Positions 1-8,641 of a stretch of DNA of 52,498 nucleotides are shown here, one piece after another. The translations under genes and the position numbers were made by a program. Within the stretch, counting starts at the first letter, position 1, and each line of letters opens with the position of its first letter. The notes under the pieces are model-generated. The model was not told the origin of the DNA and did not search any database. It saw only the letters and a list, made by a program, of their open reading frames with translations. Origin of the DNA: a virus (Duplodnaviria; Caudoviricetes); the IMG/VR virus record IMGVR_UViG_3300032156_000014, positions 1 through 52,498 of that record; one strand, written 5' to 3'.

Positions 1-206
1 GCTTTGGCAATTGAAATGATGGTCTTGTTTATCTCGCTGGTTTTCCTGGCTCTCAGTATCTTCTTTGCCTTTGCAAGCATTTCACCTGAACGGGACATGT
101 AAGACATCAGGGTAGATATTCTTTCTGACATCTCTTCCGGGTCCCCTGATACGGTTATATCAAGATAGGCCTGTATTTGCTCGGCTTCTTTCTTCAGTTC
201 GTCCAT
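1..206 (-). CDS. 5' part of a 127-aa hypothetical protein spanning the origin (MDELKKEAEQIQAYLDITVSGDPEEMSERIST...), continuing into 52254-52077
   Basis: ATG at 206; 206+178 nt = 128 codons in frame with ORF 52077..52361 when the copy-1 sequence is used. Confidence 0.8.
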   Translation of the reverse strand, partial: MDELKKEAEQIQAYLDITVSGDPEEMSERISTLMSYMSRSGEMLAKAKKILRARKTSEINKTIISIAK

Positions 207-245
207 TGGATTATTCTTTATCATATCTCCATAGAAATCCGTATG
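1..245. repeat. Terminal direct repeat / circular overlap, copy 1
   Basis: Identical to 52255-52498 except that G127 is missing in the end copy (between 52380 and 52381). Confidence 0.97.
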
Positions 246-825
246 CAGATTTTATGTCGCCCCGCGTTACCTTCCCAATGTTTCCGTGAGGGTATCCCAA
301 TTCTCTTTCAATATCAGAAAGCGATCCCCATTCTTGAATAAAATTGCCGTTTTTATCGTATTGATAAACTTTCTTAGCATACGGGCTCAATTCTCCTCGT
401 TTTGCTATCCTTTTTTGACTTTCGGACATTTTCTTCTTTGATGTGAGAGTATATCTGAACCCTTTTCTTAATTCAGATTTCCTTTGCGGAAGAGTTCCGT
501 AATTCACATTATACTTTGCCGTACACCACTCAAGATTATCAGCGGAATTGTTTAATTTATCCTCGTCTTTGTGGTTTACTTGTTTTAAGTTGTGTGGATT
601 AGGAATAAATGACAATGCGACTATTCTGTTTATTCGCCAGTCCTTGCGAGTATTCTTAGAATATAAAAGCACATGCTTATATCCCTGTTTTGAGACTGAT
701 CCTACTAAAATGCCTCCAAGCGTACCATTTCTTGGCAATGATTTAATAACGCCAAAATTGCTAACTTGATATAGCCCTTTATATCCAGGCACGTCTTTCC
801 AAATTTCTATTTCTGACTCTATCAT
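211..825 (-). CDS. NUMOD4-HNH-NUMOD1 homing endonuclease
   Basis: EIWKDVPGYKGLYQVSNFG (NUMOD4), VNHKDEDKLNNSADNLEW (HNH), VYQYDKNGNFIQEWGS...AYGFLW (NUMOD1). Confidence 0.92.
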   Translation of the reverse strand: MIESEIEIWKDVPGYKGLYQVSNFGVIKSLPRNGTLGGILVGSVSKQGYKHVLLYSKNTRKDWRINRIVALSFIPNPHNLKQVNHKDEDKLNNSADNLEWCTAKYNVNYGTLPQRKSELRKGFRYTLTSKKKMSESQKRIAKRGELSPYAKKVYQYDKNGNFIQEWGSLSDIERELGYPHGNIGKVTRGDIKSAYGFLWRYDKE

Positions 826-827
826 GA

Positions 828-2906
828 TTATTTCAAATAAAAACCCTGTGCCCGGACCACAAATAGATATTCTGGAGATTTAATTAAAAAATCTCCCCTG
901 CCATTTAAAGATTCAGCGCCGGGCTCGTCTATCACGACCATAGAATCGATATCTTTGGGCACCCTGAAGCATACTTGTACCGGGAAATTAACCTTCGCAT
1001 CACCGGTTATTACTTTTGTCGACGCCCTCTGTGTGGCAGCTATGATCCTGAATCCCGATGAACGACCTTTTTGAAGCAGGATCCTCAGGTTCTCTTCCAG
1101 TGACTTGTCAACACTCTTGACCACTCTTTTGGTCTTGGCCCTGCCGTCGCTGTATGCTCCGACAACTTCGTTAGCATAGTTTTTCAGCTTCTCTCCCTTG
1201 CGTGAATTGGCAACAGCATCAGCAAACTCATCAAAGACTATCAGCATTTTCTTAATTGATTGCGTCCTGATCCTCTTCTCCATTTCTTCAACCAGCATCA
1301 TCATCTGCAGCTCAATCTCACTGATATCGCTGACAACAGTGACCCCGTTCACAGATTTATAGCTCAGGAATTCATGCTTAGGATCAAATATGTAAACCTC
1401 ATTGACCCCCGCTGTTAATGCGTATTCGATTGTAGATCTCAGAAATACTGACTTCCCCGAACCTGTCGCCCCACAAACCAGCATGTGCGGTGTTGAGTGA
1501 TTGTCAAGGTCCCAGAATATTGTTTGCTGAAAATTGTTGATTCCAAGCGGCAGCTTGTGGTCCGCAAGCCGGGACCTGTCCCATACCAGTGTTGAAAAGC
1601 CTTTTTTACCTGACTCAACGGCCAGATACGACTTACCTTCGTAAACATAAAGGTCTTTCTGTATCCTTACATTTGAGACATTAAGTGCATTGGCGATATC
1701 CAACTTGTAACGCTGGATGGTTGATATAGGAACTCCGGCATTAATCTCAAGCAGGTATGATGCACTTGAATAACCGTCAAAGATGTGCTGTACCTTCGCG
1801 ACGATCCCGAAAGATCGAAGGATATGTTCAATTTTCTCCTGGTTTGTCATATTTTTATTGCTAAAGTCATAGGGTATAAACTGCTCTGTGAAATGCTTGA
1901 AGTTCCTGATAACGTTTGGTGTGACCGAGGTAAGGGATGCATCCCTGATCTTCCGCATACGCTCGCGCATGAGCGGTTTTTTTGATTCCTGGATATTGAA
2001 ATCCTCTACTTCTGCAATCATTGTCTTGGCCCAGAAGTCATATACCTCGGCTTTGTCGGTCAGGTTATCATTGTCATTGATCATATATACATAATCAGGA
2101 TCACCGACGGCCTCAATCATTCTTTTCAGCGGTTCATATAAAAGCGCCTCATACAACTTCCTGGTATTCTCATCCATTATTGCTTTGTGCGGAACCAGCT
2201 GGGGTGAGTTGTCTTTATTCTTTGAAAGTTTATTTTCAATGAACCAGACCTCATCAACCCTTTCGCCGTTTTCTTCTTCATACCCGAGGACATAAGTAAT
2301 TGCCTGCTTGCCAATCGAGAACTTGATCTCATCCTCATCACTAAACGACTTCTTTGATTTATGGTCAATGATTACCAGCTTGTTATCATTTGTCCTGATA
2401 ATAAGATCAATAACCAGAACGCAAGGCAGGGGAATATCCACGCCGTTTACTGTCAGCCATGCTTTTATCCTGACCTCGGTCCCAATAATCTCTTTAATCT
2501 CAGATTCATAAACCTGGATTTCCTTCATGAAGTTGTTTATGAACTGAGAGACCGACTTAACGGCTGTATTCTTGCACTCTTCAACCGTCGGTGTTGTTTT
2601 CTGGATCTTCCATGCATTTGCAGGTACCTCTTCAATATAGCTAAACGCCACCTGTTCAAGATTAACCAGGTCGGGGGTTCGTCCCTCTTTCTTATTCAGA
2701 AAATACGAACTGAGCGCTGCATGATAAGCCTGCCCGGCTACTGATGCTGATGATGACTTCTCACTGCAGCCATACAGGTATTTCATCTCGAATTCCTTCT
2801 CGTTTCGTGAAAAGGTGTTCACCCTCGAAAACGACCACGTATCTACCAAGTAATTCGAGAGCAATGTATTTAGCTGCTCCGGGGATAGCTGTTTGTATTT
2901 GTTCAT
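828..2906 (-). CDS. PD-(D/E)XK nuclease fused to an FtsK/SpoIIIE-type ATPase
   Basis: N-terminal WSFSR/GQAYHAAL/VIDLI...IIDHKS; C-terminal PHMLVCGATGSGKS, IVFDEFAD, QKGRSSG..IAATQRAS, GAESLNGRGD. Confidence 0.88.
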   Translation of the reverse strand: MNKYKQLSPEQLNTLLSNYLVDTWSFSRVNTFSRNEKEFEMKYLYGCSEKSSSASVAGQAYHAALSSYFLNKKEGRTPDLVNLEQVAFSYIEEVPANAWKIQKTTPTVEECKNTAVKSVSQFINNFMKEIQVYESEIKEIIGTEVRIKAWLTVNGVDIPLPCVLVIDLIIRTNDNKLVIIDHKSKKSFSDEDEIKFSIGKQAITYVLGYEEENGERVDEVWFIENKLSKNKDNSPQLVPHKAIMDENTRKLYEALLYEPLKRMIEAVGDPDYVYMINDNDNLTDKAEVYDFWAKTMIAEVEDFNIQESKKPLMRERMRKIRDASLTSVTPNVIRNFKHFTEQFIPYDFSNKNMTNQEKIEHILRSFGIVAKVQHIFDGYSSASYLLEINAGVPISTIQRYKLDIANALNVSNVRIQKDLYVYEGKSYLAVESGKKGFSTLVWDRSRLADHKLPLGINNFQQTIFWDLDNHSTPHMLVCGATGSGKSVFLRSTIEYALTAGVNEVYIFDPKHEFLSYKSVNGVTVVSDISEIELQMMMLVEEMEKRIRTQSIKKMLIVFDEFADAVANSRKGEKLKNYANEVVGAYSDGRAKTKRVVKSVDKSLEENLRILLQKGRSSGFRIIAATQRASTKVITGDAKVNFPVQVCFRVPKDIDSMVVIDEPGAESLNGRGDFLIKSPEYLFVVRAQGFYLK

Positions 2907-2908
2907 GA

Positions 2909-3781
2909 CTATAACAGCTTGCCCGGCTCTGCCTGTGCCTGGTTCTGTTCTGAATTCTGAACCCGGGTTGTCTCCGTCTTTTGTTTGTCTCTCAGGGTTT
3001 TCTTCTTCTCATCAATGGTTTTCCCTTTCGGGGCACCCTTATTAATGATGTCCTCCGGGGTGAGCTCCTTATCTTTAAGCGCCTGCAGATAGCCTTGCAG
3101 GTCAGCAATATGTTCGGCTCTGATCGCTGTTTTTGTTTTGAGGCCAATGCACAGGATAACAGCCTCTTCGTTTATCCCATAATCATTCTTGAATGTTTTC
3201 AATATGCGGTCGCGTTCTTTCAGTAGTTTTGCACTATCAGAAAGATCGCCAACGGCACACTTGAAGGCCTCATCATATACCTTGTCTGTGATAGACTTGG
3301 GAACTACTTTCAGAATCGCATTTCTCTCAGCTACGGCCAGAATCGCCATTGCATTTGTCTCAATTACCGAATCAGAATAACGCTTGCCGCTGCGGTCAAT
3401 GATCGACCTCCGGGCCTCTACACATACCGCATAGTTTGTCTCAAGATCAAATGCAACCGCTTCAGCCACAACTGAGCGGGCATCAATTTGTTTCACCCGC
3501 TGCTGAACGCGGATATTGCCATATTGCTGGCAGATGATCCTTGCCAGGTGAACACTTGGCCCGGTAACATTTTGTCCCCCCACCGGCTTGGCATAACGGC
3601 AGCTTTTTGCTGTCTCTTTGTCAAGGGTAGCAATGACAATACTGTTTTCAAGGACCCTCCTTAGATCCCTGGGATAACGTTTTGCCGTTGCTACCTGTAT
3701 GTCAATCGCAGCACGTTCCTGGGCTTCAAAAACTTCGAGGCCCTGTGTTTCAAATACCTGTACTTCATTTGGTTCATTCAT
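2909..3781 (-). CDS. Putative single-strand annealing/recombination protein
   Basis: 290 aa, immediately upstream of the exonuclease, helical N-domain and low-complexity tail; the call rests mainly on position. Confidence 0.5.
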   Translation of the reverse strand: MNEPNEVQVFETQGLEVFEAQERAAIDIQVATAKRYPRDLRRVLENSIVIATLDKETAKSCRYAKPVGGQNVTGPSVHLARIICQQYGNIRVQQRVKQIDARSVVAEAVAFDLETNYAVCVEARRSIIDRSGKRYSDSVIETNAMAILAVAERNAILKVVPKSITDKVYDEAFKCAVGDLSDSAKLLKERDRILKTFKNDYGINEEAVILCIGLKTKTAIRAEHIADLQGYLQALKDKELTPEDIINKGAPKGKTIDEKKKTLRDKQKTETTRVQNSEQNQAQAEPGKLL

Positions 3782-4009
3782 TTTCGTATATATTTAAGGG
3801 TTATCTGTTTTGTTCTCATCATCTTCTCCCTGGTATAAAAGAGAATCAGGATCATTTCTGTCGAGATTAGATTCTTCGACCTCAAGCAAAACCTTTGTGG
3901 CCTCTGCCCGCTTTTTGAATTTATCGTAATAATCTTGTACCAGTCCCATATTAATTAGTGATTATCAACTGTAAATGTAAAGTATTACTGTAATACTACC
4001 TAATTATTT

Positions 4010-4261
4010 TTAAAGTATTTTTGATGATATTGGCACGATAAATGTATCAGGGTCAAAAAAGTCTGCTTCCAGGATCGTCTCCCCGTACCCGTAAAGCTCC
4101 ATGACCACCTTGCCATCTGGTTGAATATTCACAATAGCAAAGTCGCATGACTTAGAAGAGGATTCTCCAAGTACGGGTTCGTCCTTTATCACCAGCTGAT
4201 AATCAAACTTGCCGTCAACAGCCGTTCTGGTTACTGATATGTCTTTCTGGAGAATGGTCAT
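4010..4261 (-). CDS. Hypothetical protein
   Basis: Co-oriented ORF abutting its neighbour. Confidence 0.55.
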   Translation of the reverse strand: MTILQKDISVTRTAVDGKFDYQLVIKDEPVLGESSSKSCDFAIVNIQPDGKVVMELYGYGETILEADFFDPDTFIVPISSKIL

Positions 4262-4265
4262 ATTA

Positions 4266-4829
4266 CTATTTTAAAAAATCCATTGTTCTGCCATTGCCTG
4301 AGCTATGCCTGAATATGTCCGGCTTCTTTCTTTCCAGCGATCCGGCCGGGGGGGGGCATTTCCAGACCCTTCCCTCTCTGCCGTCAACTATGTTTGTCGG
4401 TTTTAATAGCGGAAGATTTGTAAGCCACAAACAGGTCGCCTTTGTTTCTCCATGTCCGAACATCCAGGGCTGAATAATCTGATCCGGCTTCCGGTAAAAT
4501 CCTGACATGACTCCGATAGGATTCTCTATTGATTTTTTAGGGATATCCGATAGTGCCAGTTTTAAGAAAAATTCGGCTGCTTTTAATCTTAACCAATATC
4601 TTTCAGGATTAATTTTATAATGTTTGTTTGCACTGACAGTTAGATAAGGACAGGGCGGAAAAGCGATTAATCCCTCCCATCCATCTTCTAAGTGTCTCAA
4701 AATGTCGTCCTGAATATGATTGCCCGGAATCTCAGAAGAGAGTAAATCACAGCTCCACGCATCAACCCCATTTGTCCGGAAGGCTTCACGAACAATGCCC
4801 GAAAACTCGCAACCAATTAAAATGCTCAT
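4266..4829 (-). CDS. Small C5-cytosine DNA methyltransferase-like protein, frameshifted near the 3' end at a C9 tract
   Basis: ILIGCEFSG (motif I-like), AFPPC (catalytic), IENP; conserved tail PDRWKERSRTYSGIAQAMAEQW lies in another frame ending at 4271. Confidence 0.8.
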   Translation of the reverse strand: MSILIGCEFSGIVREAFRTNGVDAWSCDLLSSEIPGNHIQDDILRHLEDGWEGLIAFPPCPYLTVSANKHYKINPERYWLRLKAAEFFLKLALSDIPKKSIENPIGVMSGFYRKPDQIIQPWMFGHGETKATCLWLTNLPLLKPTNIVDGREGRVWKCPPPAGSLERKKPDIFRHSSGNGRTMDFLK

Positions 4830-4955
4830 ATCTTTTCTCTTACCCCTATTAATCTCAATATTCTTTCTTTCGCTCTTGCTTCTGCCAGATCTTTCTCCAT
4901 GCAGTCAATAATTTGCTGTCTTGAATAGTGAAGGCGAAAACATAATGGGCAATAT

Positions 4956-5456
4956 CTATCTGGTTTTATTTTCATCGATTTCATCTAATTGATTAATTAA
5001 ATTAATTTGTTCTTTTGCATATTCATCTCTAATCTTAATTGCCAATTCTAAATTCCTAAATGTTCCAAGGCATTTTTCTGTATTTTTTCCTCTGACCTGC
5101 CAGCCATTGCCTCGTTTTCTTATTCCAGTCATTGGAAATATTCTGCGATTTTTGGAGTTTATTTGTTGTGTTACCCACCGACAGTTATCGGGGCAATAAT
5201 CTTTATCGTTATCTATTCTATCGATGGTTAAATTATCAGAATATCCGTGAGATATCGCCCAATCTTTAAATACTGAAAAATCACGCCATTGCCCAAAAAG
5301 ACAAATACCCCTTCCTCCATAATCAGAATACCTTGTATTTGATTTATTATCAATACGGCTCTTTATATTTGTCCAGATTTTATAAATTCTTGTATAACTC
5401 ATATCATGAGTCACACAGATCCTTTCTCCAATCTGAAATCCTTTTTTGCCTTTCAT
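4956..5456 (-). CDS. HNH homing endonuclease with AP2-like C-terminus
   Basis: YSDYGGRGI, LTIDRIDNDKDYCPDNCRW, LGTF. Confidence 0.88.
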   Translation of the reverse strand: MKGKKGFQIGERICVTHDMSYTRIYKIWTNIKSRIDNKSNTRYSDYGGRGICLFGQWRDFSVFKDWAISHGYSDNLTIDRIDNDKDYCPDNCRWVTQQINSKNRRIFPMTGIRKRGNGWQVRGKNTEKCLGTFRNLELAIKIRDEYAKEQINLINQLDEIDENKTR

Positions 5457-5508
5457 TTCTTTCTTTTCTTAATTGTCATAGAGGTTGCCCGATTGAACCC
5501 ACGTCCAT

Positions 5509-5628
5509 CTATTCGGCTATCTTGGTTTCATTTACGGTCTCGTCTATTGGTCCATAAATTGCCTCCGGAGAGAATTCGTCGATCTCATCATCTTCCGGGA
5601 CGGGTGTTATAATTTCTTCCATTGTCAT
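5509..5628 (-). CDS. 39-aa highly acidic micro-protein (below the ORF-track cut-off)
   Basis: ATGA stop/start overlap with the upstream gene; 13 D/E versus 1 K. Confidence 0.5.
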   Translation of the reverse strand: MTMEEIITPVPEDDEIDEFSPEAIYGPIDETVNETKIAE

Positions 5629-5909
5629 TTATGTATTTGGTTATAAATCCTTTCAAAGCGGACAGACACACCTACCCTGATCCTCTTGAATCCCTTATCC
5701 TCCAGTTCTTCATCTGTCAGTCTATCAATGGTCTGTTGCGATACCTGGTACATCTCAGCCATCTGCTTGCGTGTGAATGATTGTTCTGACTTCATGGCCT
5801 GCAGTTTCTGTTCAGCCCTCTGGTCAATAATAGCGAGCCCTTCCGGCGACTGCAGATAGTCCCTGATCTCGTTTCTGAAAACTTCTTTTATGCTTTCCGG
5901 ACCTGGCAT
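5625..5909 (-). CDS. Excisionase/MerR-like winged-HTH DNA-binding protein
   Basis: FTRKQMAEMYQVSQQTIDRL...RIRVGVSVRF. Confidence 0.7.
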   Translation of the reverse strand: MPGPESIKEVFRNEIRDYLQSPEGLAIIDQRAEQKLQAMKSEQSFTRKQMAEMYQVSQQTIDRLTDEELEDKGFKRIRVGVSVRFERIYNQIHK

Positions 5910-5911
5910 GG

Positions 5912-6376
5912 CTATATATTTGGTATATAGTCAAAATCAATACTTTCCGTCCTGCGCCCCCCGGAGCACCTTGCCTCAGTTCTGGCCGTCTTGCTTCTGA
6001 GAGCCCTGGTTCTGATAACCTCATGTCCGGGAATAAGGTCAAAGACAAGGAAGAGCGCTATCATTGCAACGGTCATGATCTTACGCCTGCCCTCCGATAT
6101 GATCAGCGTGACATTGAATTCTTTGCACCAGAGCCATGCGGAGAACTCGGCGATGTTACGGGCTCCGACTTTGCGAAAAGCGTTTCTGAGTGTATTGGCT
6201 ATGGTCAGGGGACTGCGAAAGAAGATCGTCGCGGCTTCTCTCTGTGTATAGCCAAAAGCGACCTGCTTGCCTATCTCAAGTTCCCTGTCTGTCAGTTCTG
6301 CATCCCATTTAAGATGAAGCCCTGCCGAGGCCTCAAAAGCAGCCCTTATTGGTGATATGGTTAAGGTGTCGCTCAT
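5912..6376 (-). CDS. LuxR-type HTH protein with hydrophobic C-terminal segment
   Basis: LTDRELEIGKQVAFGYTQREAA...SPLTIANTLRNAFRKVG. Confidence 0.75.
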   Translation of the reverse strand: MSDTLTISPIRAAFEASAGLHLKWDAELTDRELEIGKQVAFGYTQREAATIFFRSPLTIANTLRNAFRKVGARNIAEFSAWLWCKEFNVTLIISEGRRKIMTVAMIALFLVFDLIPGHEVIRTRALRSKTARTEARCSGGRRTESIDFDYIPNI

Positions 6377-7179
6377 AACGGATGGGTTTTGTTGTATATG
6401 AATTTATTGACGAAATAAACCTGTCCCCTGCCGGTTACTTTTGAAGTTCTGGAAATAAGGACCTTACCGCCCGGCTGGTTTATGGTTGTCTCTTTGATCT
6501 CAAATAGCCCGAGCTCCATTGCTTTTTGTGTCGGCATGTTGTAATAATCACCCCTGACTCCCAGATAGCCCTTTTGACGGAGCCATATATAAAGCCTGTT
6601 CTGGCCTATCTCTATGTCATTCTGATTGAGTATTTTGGCAAACTCACCTATCAGGATGCTTTTATCGCTGGTTGCCACCGCATCAGCAAAAAGCACTTTT
6701 GGGGCCTGGTCCTTTGCAGTCTCCTCTAATAGTTCAACTTTCTTTTCAAGCGATTGCGCCCGCTGCCTGGATTCTTTTAGTTCTGTGAGCACCCTGATTG
6801 CATTGTCAGGATCAGCAAGAATGCTGTCGATTGTCTGTGGCATGGCGGTGATACCATGCTTTAAGAGTTCTTTAATCCTGTCATTACACCATATAGCAAA
6901 AGCAGGAGAAAGCCATCTGGCAAATTCAAGAGCGATATCTTCATGCATCCATGTTCCGAAATCAGAGCCGCCGTTTCTAACTATCACTAAATCAGGCGGT
7001 GTGCATTTCCTCACAGCGGACATGGTTTCAATAAATTCGGAAGCTGAATTAGTTCTTAAGAAATCAACCGGTCTTTTTCCGAACGGTCTTGCCATCTCGG
7101 TTGCATTGACCATAACGCTGTCACCTTCTGTCTGGAAACATATTTCAGCGCCTTTATAGACAAAAATCTGGTTATTCAT
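6373..7179 (-). CDS. ant: Phage antirepressor (KilA-N + ANT/KilAC)
   Basis: VNATEMARPFGKRP...GTWMHEDIALEFARWLSP; APKVLFADAV...GQNRL...KVTGRGQVYF. Confidence 0.93.
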   Translation of the reverse strand: MNNQIFVYKGAEICFQTEGDSVMVNATEMARPFGKRPVDFLRTNSASEFIETMSAVRKCTPPDLVIVRNGGSDFGTWMHEDIALEFARWLSPAFAIWCNDRIKELLKHGITAMPQTIDSILADPDNAIRVLTELKESRQRAQSLEKKVELLEETAKDQAPKVLFADAVATSDKSILIGEFAKILNQNDIEIGQNRLYIWLRQKGYLGVRGDYYNMPTQKAMELGLFEIKETTINQPGGKVLISRTSKVTGRGQVYFVNKFIYNKTHPL

Positions 7180-7260
7180 TATTGTTAGTTTTTTATTTGC
7201 AGCGAAAGCGCGGGTTTAAACAGTCATTTTAGACTGCCCGCGCTCCACTGCAAAGCTTCT

Positions 7261-7455
7261 TTAGTTCACTTGATATTTAAGCATAACTACCAGGTGTGCC
7301 CTTAGCGCGGCACCCACAAATTGAGAGAGTCTTAACTTCCCTGGTGCTATTGATGAATGATCTTCAATGTATTTGCGGATACATTCAGCATCTTCCCTGT
7401 CGCACCCGGTTACTTCCCGGATTACCTGTAACTGTAAATTGCTTGTTTTGGTCAT
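7261..7455 (-). CDS. Hypothetical protein
   Basis: Co-oriented ORF with shared leader motif CACTGCAAGGCC-ATG. Confidence 0.55.
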   Translation of the reverse strand: MTKTSNLQLQVIREVTGCDREDAECIRKYIEDHSSIAPGKLRLSQFVGAALRAHLVVMLKYQVN

Positions 7456-7475
7456 GGCCTTGCAGTGTTATGTGA

Positions 7476-7736
7476 TTAATTGTCAATTGATTTGGCTTTC
7501 TTCTTTGACTTCCCGGGGCCCCAGATATCAGTTATGCCGTGCTGCCTGAATATCTTCTCGAGTAATTGAGCCTCTGAAACAGTCGGCTCCACAATTCCCC
7601 TGAGCCTTTTCAACCAGGCAGCCCTTGTCTTTATATTAAGGCCCTTCATGATTTTAGCCCTTACACTTGCCTGTTCGCCTCCGGGGATCTTATCAAACCC
7701 CTTTCTGAATGGATATTTTTTATCAGCTTTTAACAT
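7476..7736 (-). CDS. Cro-like small DNA-binding protein
   Basis: First gene after the consensus promoter; basic, HTH-like (TRAAWLKRLRGIVEPTVSEA). Confidence 0.6.
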   Translation of the reverse strand: MLKADKKYPFRKGFDKIPGGEQASVRAKIMKGLNIKTRAAWLKRLRGIVEPTVSEAQLLEKIFRQHGITDIWGPGKSKKKAKSIDN

Positions 7737-7812
7737 ATTTGCGTTATTGATTTGTGTATCTTTGTAGGTTATATTTGTTCTCTGTTAGCGTTCATATTGT
7801 TTTCTGACACGA

Positions 7813-7844
7813 CAAATGTATAGTATTGCTATGTAATAAACAAA
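7813..7844 (-). promoter_or_regulatory. Bacteroidota primary-sigma promoter (-33 TTTG, 20-nt spacer, -7 TACATTTG)
   Basis: Exact match to the TTTG-N19-21-TAnnTTTG consensus upstream of the early operon. Confidence 0.8.
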
Positions 7845-8053
7845 TATTTTGCATAATATTTTTATACAAAAATCAAATTATTGTCAAACTTACAATAAAT
7901 GCCAGATATACAAAAATATAATTACCTGCAGTCATCTACGATTATCAGGGTTGGGATTCCTTCGGGATCACAAAAAGGCATTGATAATCAAACATATAAT
8001 GATTTTTAGTGCCTTTTTTGGCCTATATCTGGACGGCAGGAGCGAAAACTCGC

Positions 8054-8086
8054 AAAAAAATCCCCGGAACATTGCGGACCGGGGAT
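8054..8086 (-). terminator. Intrinsic terminator ending the late/lysis operon
   Basis: ATCCCCGG/CCGGGGAT stem followed by a T run on the minus strand. Confidence 0.8.
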
Positions 8087-8133
8087 CGATAACCCAAAAC
8101 TAACCAAACCTATGACAAATCAGCAAAAGCTAC

Positions 8134-8637
8134 TTAATAGTGTTTATGTTTTAATATTTTAAATCCATTAAGGTCAATCGTTCCATAATTAATTTTATAC
8201 ATGATTGTAGATAATTTTGAATAGCTAAATCCTATGTAGATAGATAATTCCCTTAAAGTATTAAAGACAATATTATCAACTGTGTAATCATATTTTATTA
8301 TATTATGATTCTTCTTCGATACATATTTTATGTTATTCTTCACTTCTTTGTGCTCTAAATAATGAGGATCTATTTTTATTCTTTCGAGAACTTCATGTAT
8401 CTTCTCAATGGCATATTCAGGAGAACAGTTATACCATTCATATCCATTATTTTTAATGAAATTATCAAAATAAACCTCTATGCTATAGTAATATTTCGTC
8501 TCTATAGAGAAATCTATCTTGAATTCTCTTAACGGACAATGGGTTTGATAATCATCAAGTCTGTTTTTTAGATCATTTGTTCTTCCGATCTTAACCCAAC
8601 CAGGAAATTTCGGGTGTGTTATTATATAAATATACAT
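8134..8637 (-). CDS. GIY-YIG (T5orf172/MUG113-like) endonuclease
   Basis: MYIYII...WVKIGRTNDLKNRL..YQT; very AT-rich. Confidence 0.8.
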   Translation of the reverse strand: MYIYIITHPKFPGWVKIGRTNDLKNRLDDYQTHCPLREFKIDFSIETKYYYSIEVYFDNFIKNNGYEWYNCSPEYAIEKIHEVLERIKIDPHYLEHKEVKNNIKYVSKKNHNIIKYDYTVDNIVFNTLRELSIYIGFSYSKLSTIMYKINYGTIDLNGFKILKHKHY

Positions 8638-8641
8638 AAAT

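Noticed and set aside
7849-8103. Plus-strand 84-aa ORF as the CI repressor
   Set aside because: No HTH or peptidase motif, TTG start, and it overlaps a terminator; likely spurious.
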